From Octopus sinensis (Eukaryota), in contig NC_043010.1 in the NCBI RefSeq assembly GCF_006345805.1, positions 47,120,001 to 47,184,000 on the forward strand: a stretch of DNA of 64,000 nt, read 5' to 3'. Made by a program: the position numbers and the translations under genes. This document shows positions 13,901 to 28,900 of the stretch, piece after piece (within the stretch, counting starts at the first letter, position 1; each line of letters begins with the position of its first letter). Below the pieces are notes generated by a model. It made no database searches. It was not told the origin of the DNA and saw only the letters and a program-made list of their open reading frames with translations.

Positions 13901-16900
13901 AGAGTTACTACTGTCTGAGAGTTTTAGCCTTGTGTCATTTGTATGTTTGTGAGATGTAGGACTTTAACTACTGAATGAAGGAGAGAAGGTAATGATCTGA
14001 GGCAGCTTGGCCTAGAGGTTGTCTTTAAGTATATAGAGGTAGAGAAAGAGAAGTTGCAAAACGTCGTGGGCAGGACTGAGACTGTCTCCATAGCAGATTT
14101 GACTCAGCACCTTCATTCGCTCCAAATGAACCAGTGTATGCAAAAATCTAATACAAATTTTTTCACATGACATAAGTATGCATACATTTACTGCATAATA
14201 ATTATAATTACTAATATTTTATGCAACTAAGCAGCAAGCTGGCAGAATCGTTAGCACAACAGGCAAAATGCTTAGCAACATTTCATCCATCTTCAGGTTC
14301 TGAGTTCAAATTTCACTGAGGTTGACTTTGCCTTTTATCCTTTCAGAGGCTCAATAAAATAAGTATCAGTTGAGCACTGGGGTCAATGTAATCGATTTAA
14401 CCCCACCCTCAATATTGCTGGCCTTGTGCCAAAATTTAAAACCAATATCCAATGCAACTAACCTTTTATGCACATCTTAGAGGGAATGATGATAAGTAGA
14501 AGCTGACTTTAAATCTCCACTACTCACTTTACAGTTTAGCATTCAATCAACATTTTATTTCCATTTTTCTATACTGGCAGAGACTGGATGTTTTTACTGA
14601 TTCAGTCAGATGTCTGTTTCATCATCAACCATCTTAGCTGCCCCGTATGAAACAGTATACCTATTCTAAACTCAGAATACACATAATAACATTGAAACTG
14701 ATGAACTTTTTTTCCTCACCTCCAGAACAGTATACTCCTCAAGTATTTCTTCCCATTGCCTTACTTGACTGTAAAGATTCTTGTGTCGCTCATAAAAACC
14801 TTGAAGGTTATTAATTTCCGCTTCTAGAGCATCAGCAATCTCATCAGTGAAGACACCTTGTATTAAATAAAAAAAAAGTTTTAGCAAAGGAACATTTCAG
14901 ACACACAGGGGTTATTTAACCCTTTAGCATTCAGATTATTGTCAAATGTAATGTTTATTCATTCAGATAGTTTTGAATTAATCATGAATTAACTCAGCTT
15001 TGAGATCTCAATGTTGTGACTTAATTTGTTGAATGACATTGTAAATATGTGTGAGTGGTTGGATCTGGCCAGTTTGAACTTAAAAATGGTAGAATATTTG
15101 GACCTGGTGTAAGTAGTTTAAATACCAAAGGATTAAAGTGAATGTCAATAACTTATACACACAGTATTTCAGGTTACAGATGAAAGGAAATGGTCAAACT
15201 TTCTGCATAGACCCAAGAAGGCATGGGACGAGGTGGTGAAGTATGATCTTTAGGTGGATGCTGAGTCACACGAAGGAAATGACAAGTGACTAAAACCTTA
15301 AGGTGGCGAGCTGGCTGAAACGTCAGCACGGCGGGTGAAATGCTTAGCGGTATTTCGTCTGCCGCTACGTTCTGAGTTCAAATTCCACCAAGGTCGACTT
15401 TGCCTTTCATCCTTTCGGGGTCAATTAAATAAGTACCAGTTATGTACTGAGGTCGATATAATCGACTTAATCCGTTTGTCCTTTTTTGTCCCTTCTGTGT
15501 GTAGCCCTTTGTGGGCAGTAAAGAAATAAATGACTGAAACCTTTGGTGATTTGCTGTGCTTGAGAAGAACATGTCAAGCCAAATAAAATCATAGTTGGGC
15601 CAGTGACATGTAAATGGCACTACACACTCTGGGGTGGTTGGCTTTAGTAAGGGCATTCAACCGTAGAAACCAAACCAAAACAGATTGGAGCCTTGTGCAG
15701 ATCTCTAGCTTACCAGTTCCAGTCAAAGCATGGAAGTGATGATGAGTATGGAGATTTACTTAAAAAGTGAGTTGCAGTTGGCAATGTTAACCAAAGAGAC
15801 CAATAGACCAGACAGTATTTCATATCACAATAACAGTGCCGCTTTAAAATTAATGCATTCAGATTATTGTCAAATGCAATGCTTGTTTCTTTACACTGTT
15901 TTGTATTAATCCTGCATTATCTCGTAGCTTTGAGATTTCAATGATGTGATTGTATATTTCTTGAATCATATTGTTGGGTTGGTGTATGAGCCTGAATCTG
16001 GCTGGTTTCAATAGAAAACTGAATATTTGGACTGGATATGGCTGGTTTAAGACAGTTCTTAACAGACCACAACAACCCTGCGTGAGAATGCATGTGTATA
16101 GATAACCTTATGAAAGCCTTCATTAACACACTAGCCAGATGAAGATTAAGCACCACAGGAACATTCCTGTTGAGAGTAACATCCAGGATAAAGCCAAATA
16201 AGGTGTGAATTATTGAAATACCTTCAGTTTTGAAAGCAGAACATTCATCCTGCAATTCGGTTGGAGTGAAGCAAACTTTCCACCAACGCTCTAACTCTCG
16301 CTTCATGCTCGTCACAACCTTTTCCATCTGAGTGTGTTTCAGAGCCTCCAAACGAAGAATTTCTTCATTTACCTGCAAAACAAAAATAAATCAAATATTA
16401 TTAGTTTACATGCCAGAATTAAATAAAGACATAATTGTTTCTACAAATCACTGCCACCAACAATAAAATGGTGTTAATGAAAAAAAAAAACCACTAAGAG
16501 GTCACATGACCTGCCATGTATATCATCATCATCATCATCCTTTAACACCTGCTTTCCAATCTAGCATGTGTTGGACGATTTTGACTGAGGGCTGGCATAC
16601 CAGATGGTTGCACCAGGCTCCAATCTTGATTTGGCAGAGATTGGAGCCTGGTGCAACCATCTGGTTCGCCAGCCCTCATTACAGCAGTATCAGTGCCAAG
16701 CAATGTTTAGGCATAAGTGAACTTTAGGTCAGTTAAAATGTGTGACATATTTCAACTTCTAAAGACAAAATCACTACAGTTACTGTAGAGAAAAACTTCT
16801 CTCTTATCGTAAAAAGGTGTAAAAACACCATATCGGTCGAGTGCTGCCCCAAACACATTAAAGAATGCACTGTAACTTAAAACTTCTGTAAAGATTTGAA

Positions 16901-19900
16901 TGCAATTATGCATTCTTGAATGTATACTGTGTTTGGGACCCATGGCTGACCCAGGTCCTAAACAAAATGTCAAATAATAACAATTATCCCTTCGATTATT
17001 TTTATTAATGAAAAACATCAATAAGAAACTAAGCATTTCACTCTGTTGGAGTCTTAAATATCACCCAAGATTTAGAAATTTGAGGCAGATTCTCTATCGC
17101 TAGATCCTGTTACCAACCTTTATCTTACTTGCAAGCAAGGTAAACATTCCCATGGCCAGACATGTTCTCACAAAATATTGGAAATGAATGATAGATCTTG
17201 TATGACTGTGACACTCATTTGCAACTATCACACAATATCATGACAAGGAGACACAAACATACATCAAAATCAAAATCGATCAACATCAATGGAAATTGTA
17301 GCTGTGATACCAGTGCCGGTGGCATGTAAGAGAACCATCCGAACATGGCTGTTGCCAGCGCCGCCCCGACTGGCCTCCGTGCCGGTGGCACATAAAAAGC
17401 ACCATCCGTGGCCGTTGCCAGCCTTGTCTGGCCTCCGTGCCGGTGGCACGTAAAAAGCACCATCCGATCATGGCCATTTGCCAGCCTCGTCTGGCACCTA
17501 AAAAGTACCCACTACACTCTTGGAGTGGTTGGTGTTAGGAAGGGCATCCAGCCATAGAAACATTGCCAAATCAGACTGGGCCTGGTGCAGCCTTCTGGCT
17601 TCCCAGACTGCAGTTGAACCGTCCAACCCTTGCTAGCATGGAAAGCGGACGCTAAACAATGATGATACATACACGACAGGCTTCTTTCAGTTTCTGTAGC
17701 AGAAAAGACTTGGCCACACAGCCACGGCTGCACCTTAATAGACAGAATTAAAGTATTTGCTCCCCTCTCCTCTTTCTTTCATCAAGTAGATGAAAGTATC
17801 AATAGATTATGGAGCCAAAAGAAACTGGATCAATCTAATTTGGCATCCTGGATTTCATTTTACTCAAAAGTATGAGCTTCAATTTGAGTGATCTCATGAT
17901 TATATAATTTTGTAAATTATTCAGTCTATCAACAGTGTTGCCTTGAAGGTGGAAAGATAAACTGCCATTGTGATTTTCTTCAATCTCTAAGTCAGGAACC
18001 TTTCAAATCTAATTTTCAGTTTAACAGATTTATGAACACTAAAATATATTCCTTTCAAAAAGAAAGGAATGAGAGGGTGACTAAGAATAACAATAAAGTA
18101 AGAACAGTTAAAAATATAAATAAAGTAAAAAAAAAAAAAAAAACAAAAACAAAAAAAAAACTATCTTTTACTTGCAGTCATGCTAGGGCACAGTCTTGAA
18201 GAATCTTTAGTTGAATGAATCAACCCCAGTACTTTATTTTGAGGCCTGGCACTTATTCTATCAGTCTCTTGTTGAATGGCTAAGTTATGGGGATGTAAAC
18301 ACACAAACACCAGTGAACAAACAGTAGTTAGGGACAAAATCAGACACTAAGACACACAGACTTATACAAACAGTTATATATACAACGGGTTTCTTTCAGT
18401 TTCTGTCTACGAAATTCACTATCTAGGCATTGGTCAACCTGAGGCTAAGGTAGAGGAACCCTGCTCAAGGTGACATGTAGTGGAAGTGAACCCACAGCCA
18501 TGTGGTTGGGAAGCAAGCTTCTTATCACAGTCACACTTGTATCTATGTAATACTTACGGTTTTAAGATTTTCCTGTTTCAAAGTTCCATGTTTTTCCCAA
18601 AATTCTTCGCGAGTTTCCCCAGGTGTTTCCAGACGTTGCCAAAGAACATGTAAACGATTCTTCATCGCAAGTAGTTTCTCTTCTGCTTTAGCTTTGCGCT
18701 CAATGACCTGAAATTTGCATAGAAAATACAAAAATAAATTTAGACATTGTATAATAATATGACATTAAAATGAAACCAACAGCTACAACTTCATGATTCA
18801 CGAGAATATGCTGCAGTGATTATGGCTGGAACGATTTGAGTGGTTTGATAAAACTTGACCTGGGTTAAATAACTTGCTTTCACTGGTTAGAGCAGTAAAT
18901 AAACCAGTTTGCTATTTACAGCTAGACAAAATACTGCCTTGCAATATTTATTCTATTTTATAAGGTAGCCATCTAGCAGAATCATTAGCATGTTGGACAG
19001 TTCGCCTGTCTTTATGTTCCGAGTTCAAATTCCACCGAGGTAGACTTTGCCTTTCATCTTTTCGGCATTGACAAAATAAGTACCAGTTGAGTATTAGGGT
19101 TGATGTATTTGACTTAACTCCTCTGGAATTGCTGGTCTTGTGCCAAAATTTTAAATATTTATCCTATCTTGTGTTCTGAGTTTAAACCCCACCAAGGTCA
19201 GCTTCGCCTTTTACTTCTTGGGTCAATATAGTACTAGTGAAGTGTGGTGGACTGGCAGAAACATTAGAGCATCAGACAGTACTGTGTGACATCTGTTCTC
19301 AATCTGCATTTTAACTTCCAGTCCCACCATGGCCTACATAAGTGAAAGGCTTGACCTTTTGTTACCAAACCATCAGAGACTGCCTCTGGTTCTAGGATAC
19401 AAATTTCTTGTTTAAATTAATCTAAATTAAAAAACTCTCCAAAATTTCATTTTAATAAATTCTTCATTATTTTCAAAATTAATTGAAACAAAAGCAGCGT
19501 ATTTTAACAGAAATATGGTAACAAATGGATTAATCCATTGCCTGGCACTTGGATGCCTTTAGCAGAGCCTATTCTATTGCAAATGTATAGGCCAAGTCTC
19601 TGCTTTGAGCATATCTTTCCTATTAGATTTGGAAGCACTGCAATAAATTCATAGAAACTGGCATGAGGCAAAACATCTGAAGATTCTTTCTCAACTTTCA
19701 TCTCAGGAAGACGTGGGATGAAGTGGTGAGAAAAGATCTCCAGGCATTGGGCCCCACAGAGGGGATGATAAAGGACTGAGACTTCTGGTGGTCTGTTGTA
19801 CTTGAGAAGACGCACCAAGCTAAGTAAAATCATGGTTGTTTTTGCATACAGGCATGTCCCTCTACATTGCTCTTCAGCTGAGCAGTCCTAACCTTGCAGG

Positions 19901-22900
19901 CTCATGGGTAAAAAGCACTCATGCCAGTGCCACATAAAAGCACCCAATACACTTTGTAAAGTGGTTGGCACTAGGAATGGTATCCAACCAAAGAAACCAT
20001 GCCAAAGTTGACATTGATGCTCGATGCAGTCCTGGGGCTCACCAGATTCCACCATGCCATTATGGAAAATGGATGTAAAATGATGATGATGATGATGATG
20101 ACCTTGGCTAAGCAGAAAAAAGCATGGTAACTGGATATATGAATTATTGACTGTTTGGTGAGTACATCAACATTCAGCAATTTGACTATTTGAAACTTAA
20201 AATGGACATGCCAAGAGACAGGATCCATTGACATAATTCCTTCTAAGCCATCACTTAGATATTTTTTTACTGGTTAAATATAAAAATATATTTCAAATGC
20301 TTTTATTTTTAATCCCTATTAATCTCCTTCATGATAGTCTATGATTTATTCTAATTTGCAAGTACTGAGAAGATGAGAAATCTGTTTCTGGATAGGAGGA
20401 TACACAGCTACTATCACAACTACTTTTACTTAGAGAGATCAGTACTGCAAGCTAATAAGTCATGTGACAATTTTACAGTGCTACCATTGGTTGCATCCAT
20501 ATATTGTTCCTTTCAATGGTGGTCAATTAGAGCTAAGTATTATAACTACAAACAAGCACATCAAAGTTGTAAAGAAACAATATAAGTCATTAATGTGTCA
20601 GCTGGTTGCTTAATAGCCTACTGATTCTGTCATTCAGACATGTTGATAATACTTAACTCGGAATAAATTTCCCATGCTAGAACCAGAACTGAAACAAAGT
20701 AAAAAAGCAACACACACACACACACAGACCAATTAACCTACCTCTATTTGTAGATTATTCAAAGCAGTCATATTTTCAGAAGATAGGATGAAATCCTTTT
20801 CATCATCAGCCAAAGCCTGTCTCTCGAAAACAGTGGATGGACTATCATCTATCTGTTTAAAGACTTCTTGAATTTGTTCTCTGATAATAGTAAATGTTGC
20901 AAAACGTTTATTCTAGAAATAAAATAAAGTTTAAATTAAATGAAAATCACTTTTGATGAAGCATCACAATTTTTACAGGTGAGGGAAAATAAATACCAGC
21001 AATAAATACGCTAGTATATAAGTACTTATTTTAATGATTCTAAAAAAAAAAGAAAACAAAAGGGGGAAATGCAACATAATTCACTTTTAGTGGTTGAACT
21101 TGAAGCAGATAAAGCTATAAGTGATAGTATATAAAACTTAGGAAAAAACAAAAAAACTTTGGATAGGAAAAGTTGAAAGATGCCTTCAACTTTTTCTCTC
21201 CAAAGTGTTTTTAACCTAATATTTATAAATAAATTATTTCTTATTCTTTCAAATTTTCTAAATCCTTGACCTGAAAAATATGATATTTTAACATAGAAGC
21301 AATTTATTCCTTTAAAAAAAACTAAACAAAACCATTGCACATCCATATTTTTCATGCTAGCATAGGTTAGATGAATATATTATTAAAGTATTATTTTTTA
21401 CAGTCAGATGCCTTTTGTGTCAATAGCCCTCACTTTCTAAAAATTTTTTGTGAAGAAGTGAGATCATATTCTAATTGTTTTTAAAAGGTGCAAATCTGGT
21501 AGATAGTTCTGGGTTCGGGCCACTGCATGGCACCTTGGGCAAGTGTCTTCTGTTATAACCCCAGGTCAACTAAAGTCATGTGGGTGAATCTGGTAGACAA
21601 AAACAGAAAGAAGCCCATTATGTGTCTGTATGTGACTTTTTGTCTTGACTGTGTGATAGTTATGACTGTTACAAGAAGTGTCATGCGTTTCCAGTATTCT
21701 GTGAGAACATGTCTGGCTTGAAAATGCGAGAGGGTTGGCAACAGAAAGGAGATCTGTCTGTAAAAAGTCTGTCTCAAACTCCACCCAGTCTACACAAGCA
21801 TGGAAGAATGAATATTATCCTTTAATATTCACATCATTTTGCAATAATCATTTACTATTTTGTAGCTATGAGATTTTGATGAGGTACTTGTTAATTTTTA
21901 GAATGATATTGTAGGGAAGGTGTGAGAAACCAGATGTGGCCAGTTTAAGTTATACATACATACATATAAAATAAAACAAAATGAAATTATTGTGTATAGT
22001 GCTCAGATTCCTTGTTATACTAAAGAAGAACAAACCTGCTCAATAGTTAGCTCTTCAATATGTTTCTCATATTCAGCTAGATCATCGTCTGAAGGAATAG
22101 AGCTATGTGATATCTGGAAAGGAGGTATTTTTGTGCGATCACACAAGATCTTCTCTTGATCTATTAAGTTCTTTAGTGCCACCATACGTGTGTGTTTTTG
22201 CTTTGTCAATGTCTCAAGATGATGGAGTAGATCTTTGCGACATTGCAACATTGTCTGCTTGCTATCAGGCTGGAAAAAAAATTAATAAATCACATAAAAG
22301 CCCCAGCATATATATGTATAAATGAAATACATTTAATGTAAGGTTAACTACAAATACATGCAAAAACATAATCTGAGTTCTATAAGAATCTTATTACTGA
22401 AGGACAAATTTTTTATTATACATAAGGAGAGGATATATCGATGGTCAGACCTCCAGAGGTAAGAGGAAAAGTTAATCTAGAGAGAATAGAGCTCTAAACA
22501 ATGAATTATGAAAACATTTTTAGAATATGTCACAGATAACAAAAAACAAAACAAAAGACCCCAAAAGTGAAAATTATGTTAACTGATCAATTTTTTAAAA
22601 TGAAGAAACAGTTGATATATTTGAAACCAGTATATTAGTGATAACTATTCTCACCAACCCGACAAGAAATGTCGATCTAACTTGATAAGATTTAAATTGA
22701 TCAGTGAAGTATTTGAAAACATCCAAGTTGGTTCTTTACTGCCTCATCTGTTTTTCTACCTTCCAGACAAAAAATAAAATGAACTGAGATACTGATTTCT
22801 TTTGTCAAAGTACAAAATGTATTTTTTGCCTGTTTTTGGCAAAAGAATTTTTTTAATGTATAATGTCAACCCTAAATCTGAGTTTTATCACTTTTCTAAG

Positions 22901-25900
22901 AAGATTGAGATAATTGTAATTATCTGGAAACTGGCTGTTTATTGAATAAAGCTGTATCCCTTGACTAAAAGTACAATATAATGTTTACATTGCTGCGGTC
23001 ATTATCCCAGCAATTTAATGCTGGCAGAAATGTTAGCAGGCGGGGGCGAAATGCTTAGTGGTATTTCACCTGTCTTTACGTTCTGAGTTCAAATTTCACT
23101 GAGGTCGACTTTGCCTTTCATCCTTTCGGGGTCAATAAATTAAGTACCAGTTGCATACTGGAGTCGATCTAATTGACTGGCCTAAGTTTAACATTAAGTG
23201 GAGAAGATTTCTAAAAGACATATTCTAAGAGAAATTTTAATATAAAGTGAAATGATTCAGCAGAGCAACTAAAAATGCTTTGCAGGAAAACATTGCTGCT
23301 GTACTATTTCATATTTCACTTAAATAATGAAAGTAACAGCTGCCAGATCTTGTTACAGAAGAAACAAAATAACAAAAATCCACTTTACTTCATATACGGG
23401 AACTGATAATTCTTTGCTGAGAATCTTCAACTTTTCTTTAATATCTGTTATTTTCCCAATAAGGGTATCTTTCACATCAGTTTCCTGTTGCACCATATCT
23501 TCAAAGAGGCTTTCCACATGCTGCAACACACTGTTACATCGCTCACTTCGTTGATCAGCCGCAAAACCAATCTCGTTCCATATACTCTCCAACTGTTGTA
23601 AGGAAGTCTCTACTACCTCATTCAGAACCTGAGATAAGGTATCACTGAAAAAGAAAAATGGTTTATGAGTTTTCTCTATTCCTATAGACATTGACAAAAG
23701 ATGGTGCACCTTATAAAACATGTCAACAAATAACTCCGGTTAAAAATACATTTTTATGCCTTAACCCTTATACCTACCCTACAATGTGAACAATTACATA
23801 ATTAAAACCTCAAAGCTAAAAGATAATGCAAGAGTAATTCAAAATGTGCATAAATAAGCAATACATTTGACAGAATAATTTGAATGCTAAAGGGTCAAGT
23901 AAATTTATGATATAGTGATACCACTAATGCCCACTGAAAATATTAACTCTTTAGCATTCAAATATAATACCTATTTATTCACGTTTTAAAAAATTTATCA
24001 TATATTATCTTATAGCAGAGATTTCAAAGATGTTCTTGTTTATTTTTTAGAATGACATTGCAGGGTAGTTGTGAGAGGCCAGCTCTGACTAGTATGAACA
24101 CAAGACAGAATATTTGGGCCGAATACAGCCAGTTTAAATGGTTAAAGGTTAATCATCTTGGTTTCGATGCAAAATTTAAAAAAACTTATCAAAACAATTT
24201 TATACATCATCATCCTTTAACGTCCGCTTTCCATGCTGGCAAGCCAGAAGGCTGCACCAGGCTCCAATCTGATCTGGTAAAGTTTCTACAGCTGGATGAC
24301 CTTCCTAACACCAACCACTCCAAAAGTGTAGTGGGTGCTTTTTACGTACCACCAGTACTAGGGCCTGTCAGGCAATACTGGCACTGACCATGTTTGGATG
24401 GTGCATTCTATGTGCCACCACCACGAGAGCCAGTCAGGTGGCACTGGCAACAACCGCGTTCAAATGGTGCTTTTTTACTGCCACGTTAGAATGGTGCTTT
24501 TTACATGCTACCGGCACAGTGTCTATATAATTTCTAATTTCAACACAAGTTAATTTTACAAAAACCAGTGGGGGTTGCTTGCAAGCCACTTGAATAAAAT
24601 TTATAAATCAAAAATTTATGAATTCTCCATAAAATAGGCTTTAGGAATTGTAGCAGATTAAGGCAGTCTGGGTGTTTGGACTTTTCCATAGAACTAAATT
24701 ACATGAGATCCTTTGTATCATCAGGAACAATCAAAGTAAAAGAGGTACAAATGTTTATTATTCCAATATTTAGCCAATGTTTACCTTCAAATTAAGAAAA
24801 TATATACAGAACATCTTGTTAATTCTACATCTGGCATTCTTTCGATATAGCTCAACAAAATCAAAACATTTCACTTCAGTTCGATTCTGTTTTCTGCTTG
24901 GAAATTTGTGGATTTTACATACACACATGAAACAAGTAAGAACAAATATGCAAGGCTTATTTATTTCAAGTTTAAAATGAGACATTGCTGGCATGCTGTG
25001 AAACAAAGAAAATCTAGTATTGATATTTTTACGTGTCGGTGGCACGTAAAAAGCACCATCCGAATCGTGGCCGAAGCCAGTGCCGCCTCGACTGGCTTCC
25101 GTGCAGGTGGCACGTAAAATGCACCAATCCGACCGTGGCCGATGCCAGCCTCACCTGGCACCAGTGCAGGTGGCACGTAAAAAGCACCCACTACACTCAC
25201 GGAGTGGTTGGCGTTAGGAAGGGCATCCAGCTGTAGAAACATTGCCAGATAAGATCGGAGCCTGGTGCAGCCTTCTGGCTTCCTAGATCCCCGGTCGAAC
25301 CGTCCAACCCATGCTAGCATGGAGAACGGACGTTAAACGATGATGATGATGATGATAAAGTGAAATTAGAGAGTTATTGGCATGCATATTGTGTTCCAAC
25401 TATGATCAAGATTATGTTGTGAAATCTGTCAAAAAATTAACTCTGCAGAACAAAGTTTATTGCACAAGCATAATAAAATGTAAAACCTATTTTTGCATCT
25501 TATTTCCACATTTTTTAAAATTTTTATGAAGGTCTAAGTTCAGTTTCAAACCAAAATAAAAGTATTTCTGTTTTATTAAATACACACCAAACCATGTACA
25601 GAGGTGTTATGATAGCTCAAGCGAGACTAACTGTTCAAAATACTGTTATAAACATAATTCATCAATTCACAATTGTGCAGATAGCAACCTAAAGCCCTTG
25701 TACCATCTCATCAAAGCCACATTATCAAACAGATGTAGGAAAAACAAAAAGAAAAAAAACCCCACCAAGATATAACAGTTTTGCATCAATTTTAAACTGA
25801 TGCTTTGAAACATTAAATTCTACATCCTTAGAAATGCAACACACACTTTTTATTACTATTCTTAAGAAATGTCACAAATGTAAGAGAAACAAAAAATTAG

Positions 25901-28900
25901 GCCAGATAAAACATCTGGTGAGTCAAGCAGGATAACAGTTGTCAAGATTAATTTTTTTTTATCTGTAATTGGCAGTGTTCCACACCCAACAGGAGTTAAA
26001 AGTGGAGGGAAAAACAAACAGAAAATTGTATTCTACTAGCTGATGTATCCAGCATTGCCCGAGTACTAAATATATAGAAAGTTTTTTTTTTGTTAAACTT
26101 ATAGCAAGTTTAATCATATAATTCTTTCTCTTCTTTTATTCTTTTTTTTTTACTTGTTTATTTGACTGCGGCCATGCTAAAGCACTGCCTTTCGTTGAAC
26201 AAACTGACCCCAGGACTTATTCTTTGTAAGCCTAGTACTTATTCTATCATCTCTTTTGCCGAACTGTGAAGTTAAACTAAACATAACATCAGTTGTCAAG
26301 TGATGGTGGCAGGGACAAACACAGACACACAAATATATTCATACACACACACACATCAGGCTTCTTTCAGCTTCCATCTACCAAATCCACTCACAAGGCT
26401 TTAGTCAGCCTGAGGCTATAGTAGAAGGCACGTGTCCAACGTACCATGCAGTGAGACTGAACCCGTGACATATGTTTTTAATTGTAATGTAGATACATGT
26501 TTAAAGCAGAATATTTTTTTCCACTTCATAAAAGAGTAAAAGAGAACAAGCCAGATGGTAAAGCTGCTTCTGAATGTTGAAAGTAGACATCTATCCTTCT
26601 CGCACAAGGCCTGATGTACTAAATAATATCACTTCAAAGCAATTATATTTATCTATATCATTTCGAACATAATAATATTAAGTCTGAATATTTTATAAGC
26701 ATATTTGTATGTGGGACAATTATTTTCTACCTTCCATGATACTTGAAAGCTCATACAAACTTCTTTTTTTAAATATGATTTTTACAGCATTTCAATATAT
26801 ACTGTTTTTACATTGTTGTCTCAGAGAGGTGTGAAAGAAAGTGCTTGTGAGGGACAAAGAGAATTAGAGTAAGACAGAGAAAAAGGAGTGGTGAAGAAAA
26901 GAGAAGAGAAAAAGAAAGAAATTAAAGAGAAACTGAAAGAGAAAAAACATTTTTGTTGCTCAAACTAACAATCCTTGTCTATAATCACTTAGTTACAACT
27001 ATCAGCCTTTCAATATCTCTTTTTTGGATCTTCTTGCTTTCATGAGGTAAGATGGGGTGATGACATACAGAGGACGAAACAGCTGCATCACAAACCTACA
27101 AGACTGCATCCACAAAAAGTGCATTTAAGTGAATGGCAAAGATTCCCTACACTTCAACTACTGATTCAAAGAAGTTTGTCTCTTCTTTATCCCGAATAGA
27201 CTAGCTGCATACTATATGCCTTTACCATCACACTCAAATGTCAATCCCCAGATATTGCACTAAACACTTTGCTCTCCTACCCAACTATTTGGACACCTTA
27301 TACCTTCCAACAGTTATTAGCACAAGTGTTCTCATTGACACAGCTAAAAATTTTCAGCAAATTGTGCTCACACTTCAATGCCACCACCCCCTAAATCTAA
27401 CAGACAAAACACTGATGTTCTCAATGCTATACCTTCTTAATAAAGATTAGATCCTGTTCAATAAGAGACAGAATATTTATCTGCTAATAAATTAAATGCG
27501 ATGTCTTATTTTACAAGACATGCACAAAGGGCTACCTAACTCCAGATCTAAAATTAAGCTATGATAACTGAACAAGCACATAAAATTTACTACAATATAT
27601 AAAAGCTGGAGATAAGTACTATAGAAGAGAAGGGAAACTGGAACTTGCCACCAAAGAAAAGTGTACTCAAAGGAAAAGTCAGTAGCGCCAGTGGAGAGCT
27701 TCTTCAAATGCAGCCACTTCATACAAGACTGCTACTCCCGTGTGGGTCTGTACAGTCAGAGCTGACACTGCACCACCCTCAGCAGCTGGCACAAAATTCT
27801 CCAGGTGCAGATCCATGGTCTTTCAATACCAACATGCCTATCTATAAACTTTTCAATATACCCCTTCTGGTTCCTGAGGAACCACTTGTAAACTCAAAGC
27901 TCAAAAACATCATTAAAGATTTTTTAACAGCTGTGATATTCAATAGGGTTAATGTTACTGTCATAGATGAAGGAAATTCCTGTGCAGCTAGCAACTATCT
28001 CAACTTAATCCATAATTCCAAACAGACAAAAATCATTAAACAGGGGATGCTGGAAATATTGATCTAACCACCAGTTTAGTGTTTGATAGTAACCAATACT
28101 TGTATTGTGTAACAATTTTCCCAAATTCAATACAGCCCCATTGGTGTATAGATCCAATTATTGCTTCAGTAAGGAGCAAGTATTGAAGGGATGACCTCAA
28201 AAGGTCAGAACTTATGAAGGAAATGACAGAAGATTGATATATGTGGCACATTGCTGTATGAGAAGGCACACCCACCACAACAGAATTGAGATTCTAAAAC
28301 CAAGGTGTCACATAAAAAGCATTGGTGTGGGTGCTGGTGCACATAGAAAGCACCCAGCACACTATGGAGTGGCTGACATTAGGAAAGGGCATCAATACCC
28401 TAGAATTGAAACCAATCCAAAACAGACTATGGAACCTGGTGTGGACTCTGGTCTTACTAGTTCTTGTTAAGCTGCCCAACCCATGCCTGCATGGAAAACG
28501 AATGTTAAATATTGATAAGAGTTCCTTTCTGATATTTTAACCCTTTATCTGTTCAAAGCATTTTCATAAGTTTGTCCTAAACGTTCATGTTTGTTTTCTG
28601 ACTCTTACTTAACCCTTGTTTCATACATTGAATAATGGGACACAAAACTCTACTTGTGAAGACGTGTTGAGGCAAGTGAGGATCAGAATCGAAATCGATC
28701 AATGGAAATTGCAGATGTGTTACCAGTGCCGGTGGCATGTAAGAGAACTTTCCGTTTCGCGACCGTTGCCAGCACCGCCCCGCTTCGTGTCCGTTGCCAG
28801 CCTCGCCTGGCCCTCGTGCCGGTGGCACATAAAAAGCACCATCCGTTCGTGGCCGTTTGCCAGCTCTGTCTGGCACCAGTGCGGGTGGCACGTAAAAAGC

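Noticed and set aside
25035-25190. Repeat-spacer-like array (25-bp repeats with variable ~35-nt linkers) resembling CRISPR
   Set aside because: The linkers are related to each other, the array is internal to a dispersed SINE found several times in the window, the context is eukaryotic and there are no cas genes.
27645-28067. 140-aa plus-strand ORF
   Set aside because: No recognisable domain; antisense within PRC1 intron 1 and probably decayed retroelement sequence.
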